From a virus (Duplodnaviria > Caudoviricetes): a DNA stretch of 58,022 nucleotides. Within the stretch, counting starts at the first letter, position 1, and the number at the start of each line of letters is the position of its first letter. Shown in pieces: positions 1 through 6,589 of the stretch. Below the pieces are notes generated by a model. That model saw only the letters and a list, made by a program, of their open reading frames with translations, did not search any database and was not told the DNA's origin. Made by a program: the position numbers and the translations under genes. The DNA is taken from the IMG/VR virus record IMGVR_UViG_3300012665_000938, positions 1 through 58,022 of that record. One strand, given 5' to 3'.

Positions 1-9
1 AGCGTAACT
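1..9. repeat. Terminal direct overlap AGCGTAACT (also 58014..58022), circularisation signature
   Basis: Identical 9-mer at both ends; merging them gives an uninterrupted ORF. Confidence 0.85.
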
Positions 10-47
10 TCAACATCACAATCCCGTCCACGACTAATCAGATTCAT
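1..47 (-). CDS. 5' part of a hypothetical gene spanning the circular junction (continues in 57755..58022)
   Basis: GAGGAG RBS (55-60, minus) 7 nt before ATG at 47. MNLISRGRDCDVEVTL reads in frame through the 9-nt terminal overlap into VPSINGNVMVSVSTDG of the 57755 ORF. Confidence 0.85.
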   Translation of the reverse strand, partial: MNLISRGRDCDVEVT

Positions 48-98
48 ACATAATCTCCTCTGACAGTTACCTGTCATCAGTGTCAGTATATCATAGTG

Positions 99-374
99 TT
101 AGCGTTTAGGTTTATTTACTTTGACGGAGTGGTCGCTATTCCTGCTGAATGAGCGATTTGCCGATGGTGATTTGAGTATCAAATTGGACAGAGAATTGGA
201 GCCACCCTTTGAAAGTGGTTTCTTATGGTCAATGTCTTTCCCTGCTCGGCTAACCCCATTCGCATCCATAGCCCTACGAGCCTTCTGGCGGTCCATACGG
301 GCGGGGTGTTCACCTCTAGCGACCTGTTGCTCATATTCCTTTTTGTAAGGTCTAGGTTTGGTTACGTATGGCAT
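99..374 (-). CDS. Small HNH endonuclease
   Basis: KDIDHKKPLSKGGSNSLSNL...SAN HNH motif. Start revised to ATG 374, which lies 5 nt after TGt-TATACT (leaderless). Confidence 0.85.
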   Translation of the reverse strand: MPYVTKPRPYKKEYEQQVARGEHPARMDRQKARRAMDANGVSRAGKDIDHKKPLSKGGSNSLSNLILKSPSANRSFSRNSDHSVKVNKPKR

Positions 375-432
375 GACTAAGTATAACATTTTGCACTGTG
401 TACATATGTACATACGTAGTATGTATATATAT

Positions 433-540
433 ATTCTTGTTAAAGGGGTATCGAATTCTTTCCCCCCAAAAGTATGGGATGACAAATTTCTTTCTACCTA
501 CCCTCTAAAATTCTTTCCCCCACAAAGGTATGGGATGGTG
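433..540 (-). repeat. Stand-alone iteron-like array homologous to the origin inside the initiator gene
   Basis: Minus strand has GGGGGAAAGAATTTTAGAGGG, GGTAGAAAGAAATTT and GGGGGGAAAGAATTC, then ACCCCTTTAACAAGAAT (433-449), a 17-mer identical to 15456-15472. Confidence 0.75.
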
Positions 541-586
541 AGTAAATATTATCCACTCAATGGATAGATTTGTAATTGCATCTTCA

Positions 587-600
587 TGATACAATTGACA
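587..600 (+). promoter_or_regulatory. Extended -10 promoter for the tRNA cluster
   Basis: TGa-TACAAT just upstream of 601; the same 14-mer TGATACAATTGACA occurs at 55186-55199. Confidence 0.6.
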
Positions 601-676
601 GGTAGCGAGTAGTTCAAACGGTAGATGGAACGGTGTACCCGTGTCCGATAGGTGTTCGAGTCACCTCTTGTTACCA
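601..676 (+). ncRNA. Degenerate tRNA-like element (GTA at the anticodon position)
   Basis: 9-bp closing stem GGTAGCGAG/CTTGTTACC, D-like TAGTTCAAACGGTAG, perfect T arm AGGTG-TTCGAGT-CACCT; bulged anticodon arm, broken D stem, short variable region. Confidence 0.6.
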
Positions 677-703
677 CCTATGATTTTAACGATAAGTTTT
701 TAT

Positions 704-775
704 TCCCGCTTAGTTCAGTGGTAGAACGTGTGACTGTTAATCACAATGTCGATAGTTCGAGTCTATCAGTGGGAG
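704..775 (+). tRNA. tRNA-Asn (GTT), CCA not encoded
   Basis: Cloverleaf: TCCCGCT/AGTGGGA acceptor, GTTC/GAAC D arm, TGTGA-CTGTTAA-TCACA anticodon arm, GATAG-TTCGAGT-CTATC T arm, G discriminator. Confidence 0.95.
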
Positions 776-792
776 TTGGAGTATGATTAGTT

Positions 793-1179
793 ATGAGTAC
801 TGCTAAAAAGACTAATCCATCTCTATGGGGCAAGGTTGTCAGTGAAGTTAAGTCATCCGCAAAGGGTGGTGACGCTGGTGAGTGGTCTGCACGTAAGGCA
901 CAACTCGCTGTTCAAAAGTACAAGGCATCTGGTGGTGGATATGTTGGACCAAAGAGCAGTGATAACAGCCTAAGCAAGTGGACTGACCAGAAATGGAAGA
1001 CCAGTGATGGTTCTCCTAGTGAAGGTAAGAAGCGTTATCTACCTGAGAAGGCGTGGTCAAGTCTTTCCAAAAAGGAAACAGTTGCTACGAATAGGGCTAA
1101 AGCAGCAGGTAATGCAGCAGGTAAACAGTTTGTAGCGCAGCCAAAGGCTGTCGCTAAAAAGGTGTCTAAGTTTAGGTAA
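793..1179 (+). CDS. Basic phage protein, DUF5872-like
   Basis: Recognisable GG.AGEWSARKAQL..QKYK..GGGY and KWT.QKW.T...RYLP motifs. Confidence 0.75.
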   Translation: MSTAKKTNPSLWGKVVSEVKSSAKGGDAGEWSARKAQLAVQKYKASGGGYVGPKSSDNSLSKWTDQKWKTSDGSPSEGKKRYLPEKAWSSLSKKETVATNRAKAAGNAAGKQFVAQPKAVAKKVSKFR

Positions 1180-1193
1180 GTAGGAGTATTGAT

Positions 1194-1442
1194 ATGACTG
1201 GTATTGAAGCATTCCAATCGCTCAAAGACGGCAATAAGGTTCGTCGTAAAATCTGGACACCAGACTGCTACGTTACAGCAGAAGAATACGAAGGTGAGTA
1301 CGAGATTAATCCTGTAGGAACTCAGATATTCATCTATGATGTTCGCTATCTAGGGGTCTTTATACTTGAGCAGATGCTTGAAGATGGAGACCAATGGGAA
1401 GTATTTACACCTTGCACATCTGACAGTAGTGCTGTAGACTAG
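1194..1442 (+). CDS. DUF2829 / Tad2-like small protein
   Basis: N-terminus MTGIEAFQSLKDGNKVRRKIW and C-terminal DQWEV match the DUF2829 pattern; AGGAG RBS. Confidence 0.55.
   Translation: MTGIEAFQSLKDGNKVRRKIWTPDCYVTAEEYEGEYEINPVGTQIFIYDVRYLGVFILEQMLEDGDQWEVFTPCTSDSSAVD
1412..1440 (+). promoter_or_regulatory. Sigma70-like promoter
   Basis: TTGCAC-17-TAGACT; the same -35 hexamer is used at 4878 and 7107. Confidence 0.5.
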
Positions 1443-1445
1443 GTA

Positions 1446-1554
1446 TGTCACCGAGAGGTGATAGAACAAAAAGGAATACTTCAGAAAACCCTTCCTATTG
1501 TTCGGCAAATTAAACTCTGCAAACAGAAGACCAGTCAGCCACACTGGTCTTTTT
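1446..1554 (+). ncRNA. Candidate small RNA A
   Basis: GNRA hairpin TGTCACC-GAGA-GGTGATA, second stem GAACAA/TTGTTC plus AGGAA/TTCCT, ending in an intrinsic terminator. Confidence 0.5.
1527..1554 (+). terminator. Intrinsic terminator
   Basis: AAGACCAGT-CAGCCAC-ACTGGTCTT followed by a T run, between convergent genes. Confidence 0.85.
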
Positions 1555-1559
1555 GCTGT

Positions 1560-1742
1560 CTACTTGCGTAGCACTTTACCTGTGACAATTGACAGGAGTC
1601 TCTTGTGCAACGTATGAATTTCTTCAGCCGATGCGTTGTTGATGTACCCAATGCTATCTTTATTGAAGTCTTTGAAGCCGAAATGCAGGATTAATGCGTC
1701 TCGCATATCTTTACAGTTTTGACGCTTTTGGTCAACAGTCAT
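1560..1742 (-). CDS. Hypothetical protein
   Basis: 60-aa ORF with normal composition ending at the 1527-1554 terminator. Confidence 0.5.
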   Translation of the reverse strand: MTVDQKRQNCKDMRDALILHFGFKDFNKDSIGYINNASAEEIHTLHKRLLSIVTGKVLRK

Positions 1743-1779
1743 AAAACAAAAACCACCCCGGTGCTTATTCAGGGTGGTT
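1743..1779 (-). terminator. Terminator/attenuator directly upstream of the 1742 start codon
   Basis: Minus strand AACCACCC-13 nt-GGGTGGTT followed by TTTGTTTT, then ATG. Confidence 0.65.
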
Positions 1780-2389
1780 CATTTGGCTTGTTGTTTTTAA
1801 CACTCACCTTGCGGTGGCACAGACATTGTACACGAAACACCCTTGCTATCATCCTACATTATTTACCAGTAAACAGTGAATCTTCTACCTGAGTATATAT
1901 TGAACTGAACGGTAGTTGACCACTGTACAACAGAGTGTGTGTATGGAAAATGTTTTTCTGTTATGTTTCTACGTTGGGAGAAAGGTTTAGTAGAGAGAGA
2001 GATTGAGTTGTCTGAGTCCCTCCCCTAAAATACTACGACTGGGGTGGGTGCTTGCCGAGACCCCCCTCTGTATGCCCAGTTTCCCGCCAAAACGGGGTCC
2101 CCAGTGGTGGTAGAACGGGCAATAGTTCTTGTTAGCGGCATATGATTCCCTGCCGTACGCTTTGGTTCACAAGGTGATACCTAGTATGTGACTGTTGATC
2201 ACCCCGGCTATTGGGTGGTATGTAGGTATACGGTATTAGTTATGAAGTGTTAACTAAGTTTTGTGGCGAACATACCGTACCATCTGGTAGACTACGTCTG
2301 TTATGTTGACTACTATAAACTACATCATGAAGGGGACGCAGTCTACTTGCACAGAGTGCAATAGTTTGCAAGTCATAACTAAGTTTAGT

Positions 2390-2419
2390 TTGACAACCCT
2401 TCATACCGTATGGTATAGT
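2390..2419 (+). promoter_or_regulatory. Sigma70-like early promoter
   Basis: TTGACA-18-TATAGT with TGn extension and an ATACC-GTAT-GGTAT palindrome. Confidence 0.7.
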
Positions 2420-2555
2420 ATTCACAACATGAAGGGTGGTACTGATACGGTGAACATACCGGGCGGGTTGGGATTAGTCTACAATAGGCATTATGCTATG
2501 CATGATAACCCTATTCTATGCTACCTGATACCGTGCTGTATGGTACAATCTAGTA

Positions 2556-3107
2556 TTCCCAAACCCTATCGGCTTGACTGTAAAGTCAGGGTACGTATCG
2601 CTTAGGCGATAGGGCAAACGGACTGAAAACGTACGCTGTGGTGAACGTAAGTATGTCCCGATGTAGTACCTGCTGGTAGTCTGCACTTTTATATATTCGA
2701 CGGTCGCATAACACCGGGTAAGTTATGCCATCCATAACAGGGGTTTACTCTGTCTGCGGTGAAGGTTGGGCAGTCGATTGGTGGCATACCCGATAACCTG
2801 AGCGGATGGTAGTAGCCGGTAGTGTAGGAAAGCACTACCAGTACGGGGCGCACTTAGAGGCGCACGTATAATCTGATAAAGGAACCCGGAACATAGGGCG
2901 TAAGTGTCAACTATAGGTCAACGCTATAGGTACGTCTCTGTGCAGACACCTGCAATGCAGTGCAACGGAACGGGATAAGTATGTCAGGTATCTATACACC
3001 AGTACCCAAAGTAAACACTGTTATGGGGGATATGCAATAGAATACGGGGGGATTCTGTCTCCCCGGATATTGCATAGCATAGCGGATTACACGCTAGGTT
3101 ATGCAAT
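2556..3107 (+). ncRNA. Large structured non-coding RNA (~550 nt), family unassigned
   Basis: No credible ORF; TGg-TACAAT at 2541-2549. Nested long-range helices 2732-2748/3011-3026 and 2751-2757/2942-2948, plus many local hairpins. Confidence 0.7.
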
Positions 3108-3123
3108 GTTTACTATATTCTAG

Positions 3124-3153
3124 TTGACAGCATACCGTTTCATACGGTATGAT
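3124..3153 (+). promoter_or_regulatory. Early promoter with perfect palindromic operator
   Basis: TTGACA-18-TATGAT; CATACCGT-N5-ACGGTATG (3131-3151) covers the spacer and -10. Confidence 0.85.
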
Positions 3154-3175
3154 TCTAATCGTGAAGGGGTTCACA

Positions 3176-3364
3176 ATGAAAAAGATTACTCGCAAAGCAC
3201 TTATCGATATAACTATGGCAGATAAAGGGACACTGCCGGGCTGTGGATATGAGCGTCTGGTATTACGCCGTCTGGAGTCTGACGGCTTGACGTGTGATTA
3301 TTACCTTGAGAATGTCGGCGGATATGTCCGGATGCGGACGTATCGTTTTATGTCATTCGCCTAA
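3176..3364 (+). CDS. Early hypothetical protein
   Basis: GAAGGGG RBS before ATG 3176. Confidence 0.75.
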   Translation: MKKITRKALIDITMADKGTLPGCGYERLVLRRLESDGLTCDYYLENVGGYVRMRTYRFMSFA

Positions 3365-3398
3365 TCGTCTCTGTTCGTTATTAGTAAAGGGGTTTACT

Positions 3399-4199
3399 AT
3401 GTCTTATCTCAAGTCTCTGGTTGCAAAGCGTCTCAAGTCGGTCTCTGGTAAGAATGACAACGGGTTCATTCTCTGGGAGGGAGTGTCACAGATTGACGGT
3501 GTCACGCCGGTAGTCTGTATCGTTACAGGTATCCGCAAAGCGTCCGCTAACGGTAAGACGGGAGACCTTATGCAAACGTGGATTCTCATGCAGGATGTCA
3601 ATCCGGCACAGGCAGTCCGTGAGCGGTCAGAGGGTGGAGTGTGCGGGGACTGTGTCCATCGTCCACAGGCTGACGGTAAGCGGTCATGCTACGTCAATAT
3701 GCGAACGCCCGGTAGTGTGTGGCGCAGTTACAAAGCGGGTAACTATGCCCGTCTTGACCCGCAGTACTGGTCATTATTGGGTCATGTTCGAGAAGCGGGT
3801 ATCCGATTCGGTGCATACGGTGACCCCGGCGCAGTCCCTGTCAATGTGTGGCAGTCACTCAAGTCAATCGCTAGGTTTACCACGGGTTATACTCATACGT
3901 GGAGGTACAGTGTTAGTACCTATGCCGATGTCACTATGGCATCATGTGAGACTTTGGATGACTTGCGACACGCTGAGTCACTAGGTTACAAGGCGTTCCT
4001 AGTAGTCAAGGCTGGTGAAGCGAAGGATACCATCGGTGCAGGTATGGCACGATGTCCGTCCGACCCGTCACTAGTCGGGGTACACGTCCCTTGCAGTCAG
4101 TGTCAAGGGTGTAGCGGTGCAACGTCACGCCGTCACCGTGTCATCGAAGTCCACGGTGCGACAGCGCACCAATACCGTCCTCTGCGGATGGCAGACTAA
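3399..4199 (+). CDS. Cys-rich Gp88-like (radical-SAM-like Fe-S) phage protein
   Basis: N.KTG, C-x2-C-x11-CY, IRFGAYGDP, GYTH, CP...CxxCxxC...HG motifs; AAAGGGG RBS before ATG 3399. Confidence 0.7.
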   Translation: MSYLKSLVAKRLKSVSGKNDNGFILWEGVSQIDGVTPVVCIVTGIRKASANGKTGDLMQTWILMQDVNPAQAVRERSEGGVCGDCVHRPQADGKRSCYVNMRTPGSVWRSYKAGNYARLDPQYWSLLGHVREAGIRFGAYGDPGAVPVNVWQSLKSIARFTTGYTHTWRYSVSTYADVTMASCETLDDLRHAESLGYKAFLVVKAGEAKDTIGAGMARCPSDPSLVGVHVPCSQCQGCSGATSRRHRVIEVHGATAHQYRPLRMAD

Positions 4200-4255
4200 C
4201 ATCGTCGGTTAGCCGGTGGTGACACCGGCACTCTCTCTCAGTAAAGGGGTTTACT

Positions 4256-4582
4256 ATGCAAGTTCATATCTGTCAGTGGATTGGTTATCATGACCAGTTC
4301 AGTATTTCCGTTGACGTGCCAAAGGCTATCCGTTACCTAAAGTCTATGCATCCAGACTACACAAGGGGTAGGCTAACCCTTACTGTGATGTACTCACACG
4401 TTCCTGATAACTACCTGTTTATCGGTGGCACAGATAACGAGTACGCATTCCTGAAACTGAAAGTACCAGCGTCAGAGGCGAAGAAACTGATGGAGGTACT
4501 ACAGGGTGACCTGTCACGCTTCAAGGGTGCAGTATTCATCAATCACGATATCGATATGCCTGAGACAACTAAAGGGGAATAG
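4256..4582 (+). CDS. Early hypothetical protein
   Basis: Same AGTAAAGGGGTTTACTATG start module as the 3399 gene. Confidence 0.8.
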   Translation: MQVHICQWIGYHDQFSISVDVPKAIRYLKSMHPDYTRGRLTLTVMYSHVPDNYLFIGGTDNEYAFLKLKVPASEAKKLMEVLQGDLSRFKGAVFINHDIDMPETTKGE

Positions 4583-4590
4583 GGGTAACT

Positions 4591-4848
4591 ATGAAAGCAA
4601 AGTATCTATCTAACACTCACGTATTCGACGTAGAGGGTATCTGTGTCCGCAAAGTCAAGACACTATTGGAACAGGCAGGTAAGGCGTTCATCCGTGGTAA
4701 GGATGTGCATATCACCTGCTGTCGCATCAGTGACGGTGTCGTAGTGGGTCACACAGTCATTGGCAATAAATACGGTAGGCTAATGACTGAGGATGAGTTA
4801 GTCAATACCTGCCTATTCTTGTGCAGTACTCAGTGTCTCGACGATTAG
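4591..4848 (+). CDS. Early hypothetical protein
   Basis: AGGGG RBS, tight packing. Confidence 0.75.
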   Translation: MKAKYLSNTHVFDVEGICVRKVKTLLEQAGKAFIRGKDVHITCCRISDGVVVGHTVIGNKYGRLMTEDELVNTCLFLCSTQCLDD

Positions 4849-4877
4849 TCAATCTGGTAGAGTGTGAGTTATTGCAC

Positions 4878-4906
4878 TTGCACTCTACCGTACAGTGTCG
4901 TATCAT
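4878..4906 (+). promoter_or_regulatory. Early promoter cassette
   Basis: TTGCAC-17-TATCAT, almost identical to 7107-7135. Confidence 0.8.
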
Positions 4907-4928
4907 CATATAAGTGAAGGGGTTCATT

Positions 4929-5258
4929 ATGAAAGTCAACAAGTCCGCAGAGCGTCTCGCAGATGTCGTGTCATCGTACACCACGTGTCACTCAGTCGTG
5001 TATCTCAGTCAGTACTACGTCAATGGTAGGGGTGACAAACTACGTATGGAACCCGTGTTCATTCGTACCAGAGTCAAGCAAGTAGACCTTTACACTGCAC
5101 TCCAGCAGGGTACTACAAAGCCCGATGTTATGGTGTATTACTCTGACACCGGCGGATGTGACGTTACCTCTATCCGCTTCCGTGTCGGGTCGGCACACTT
5201 CTCGTTCACTATTATGGAAGCACTGCCAGAGGAGGACATCACAAATGCACTCAAGTAA
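4929..5258 (+). CDS. Early hypothetical protein
   Basis: GTGAAGGGGTTCA RBS module before ATG 4929. Confidence 0.75.
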   Translation: MKVNKSAERLADVVSSYTTCHSVVYLSQYYVNGRGDKLRMEPVFIRTRVKQVDLYTALQQGTTKPDVMVYYSDTGGCDVTSIRFRVGSAHFSFTIMEALPEEDITNALK

Positions 5259-5376
5259 GGCATACCGTGCCGGGTTCAAGGCAGGTCGCATCGTCCGTCA
5301 GTTCATCACCGCCAGTGTAATGCTGGCGGTGGCATACGCCCTGTACCTAGGTCTCTGGGTCATTCACTATAAGTAG
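5245..5376 (+). CDS. Small single-TM protein
   Basis: GAGGAGG RBS; MHSSKAYRAGFKAG followed by hydrophobic FITASVMLAVAYALYLGLWVI. Confidence 0.7.
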   Translation: MHSSKAYRAGFKAGRIVRQFITASVMLAVAYALYLGLWVIHYK

Positions 5377-5389
5377 AGGAGTCAACATT

Positions 5390-5650
5390 ATGGTTATCGC
5401 AAGAATATTCAAGGGTGACGATGTCACCGGCACACCATCGTCGGAAGCATCAGAAGAGATGCCATTCGAGCAAGCCCGTAAGGACTTTCGTATGTGGATA
5501 GCAGGATGCTCTGACGGTGTCCTCAATATCCTGCTACGGGAGGGTGGATTATTCCACCTTGAGGGTGAGGGGCAGGTGTGCCAATGGCACTATCGTAATG
5601 GTGAGGTCACTGAGTATTTCGACGGTGGCGCAACGGTACTGGTTAGATAG
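5390..5650 (+). CDS. Early hypothetical protein
   Basis: GAGGAG RBS. Confidence 0.75.
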   Translation: MVIARIFKGDDVTGTPSSEASEEMPFEQARKDFRMWIAGCSDGVLNILLREGGLFHLEGEGQVCQWHYRNGEVTEYFDGGATVLVR

Positions 5651-5659
5651 GGGGAAACT

Positions 5660-5929
5660 ATGAACGCAACAAAGCAAGCAGAGAAGGCATTCCTGAAGAA
5701 TGCACGTATGATTTGGGTTCCTGTCGGGGAGCGTCACGTCTCTGTCCCGGTCACCGGGCGATGGGCTAAGGTCAACCGTATCACAGGACGGTGGGAGTTC
5801 TTTGTCCAGACGTTTGACGGCTGGATGACTGTAAACGACTCTGCACATAGTCAGGCTATCGACAAACGTGTGCCAGAGGTGGAACCCGACCACTTCCGTT
5901 TATTGAGGGAGGCACGTTCCAATGGCTGA
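5660..5929 (+). CDS. Early hypothetical protein
   Basis: AGGGGG RBS. Confidence 0.75.
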   Translation: MNATKQAEKAFLKNARMIWVPVGERHVSVPVTGRWAKVNRITGRWEFFVQTFDGWMTVNDSAHSQAIDKRVPEVEPDHFRLLREARSNG

Positions 5930-6020
5930 CATCGTTATGTCTGTACTCGTAGTTATGGGTGTTCTAGCCGTACTGGCTGGGAACATCCTGCTCGCCAGAG
6001 AGAACTGGCATCGTCACTAA
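5922..6020 (+). CDS. 32-aa single-TM peptide (not in the ORF track)
   Basis: GGAGG RBS; MADIVMSVLVVMGVLAVLAGNILLARENWHRH fills the gap exactly. Confidence 0.65.
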   Translation: MADIVMSVLVVMGVLAVLAGNILLARENWHRH

Positions 6021-6058
6021 TCGTCACTTGTTCGCGATTATATTGGAGGGGTTCAATC

Positions 6059-6328
6059 ATGAAGACATCTGTTCACATCTATCGTCCACAAGACCGGCTG
6101 TTCGAGCCGTTCTGCTCGTGGGAGTCTGACAAGACGTGGGAGGAAGCAGTCAAGCACATCGCACACCACCTGCCGTCGAAAATCTTCCGCAGTTCTTGCG
6201 GTGGCGATGACATCCGGGTCAGCATCATCAACCCGGCAGTGTTTCAGGTCACCACTCTGACCTACAAAGATGGGGTACTCACCGCTACAGGTGAGGGTCA
6301 GGACATCGTGGAGGCAATGGCAAAATGA
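6059..6328 (+). CDS. Early hypothetical protein
   Basis: TATATTGGAGGGGTTCAAT module. Confidence 0.8.
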   Translation: MKTSVHIYRPQDRLFEPFCSWESDKTWEEAVKHIAHHLPSKIFRSSCGGDDIRVSIINPAVFQVTTLTYKDGVLTATGEGQDIVEAMAK

Positions 6329-6570
6329 CAGGCAGAACAAACCGACTCGAATCGATTTCATTCTTCCGGATATCAACGGAAGGACACAAGAAAGTGATGC
6401 TAGACGCTAAGGTCTACGCCCAGCCTGACGGACTGTTCAGGCTGGATACCCAGCGCATCGACGTGACCGACCCATCCGGGTATCACTACGGGGACTTAGT
6501 GTCAACGCAACACCAGATATACCTTGATGCAGTCAAGGCTGGACTCGAATACGTAGAGGTCAATCTCTGA
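6325..6570 (+). CDS. Early hypothetical protein
   Basis: ATGA overlap with the upstream gene; GGAGG upstream. Confidence 0.7.
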   Translation: MTGRTNRLESISFFRISTEGHKKVMLDAKVYAQPDGLFRLDTQRIDVTDPSGYHYGDLVSTQHQIYLDAVKAGLEYVEVNL

Positions 6571-6589
6571 AAGGATAGGTGATAGGGCT

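Noticed and set aside
375-485. N-terminal extension of the HNH ORF given in the track
   Set aside because: It translates the iteron/AT-rich element; a leaderless promoter supports ATG 374.
775-793. Theta/HDV-like ribozyme after the tRNA
   Set aside because: Only ~17 nt separate the tRNA from the next gene, and no nested double pseudoknot is visible.
2240-2605. ORFs 2303..2605 (+) and 2240..2425 (-)
   Set aside because: No RBS, atypical composition, and they overlap promoters and operator repeats.
2813-2850. AGCCGGTAGTG...CACTACCAGTACGG as group II intron domain V
   Set aside because: The AGC triad has no pairing partner, no domain VI or splice boundary follows, and no interrupted gene or RT is present.
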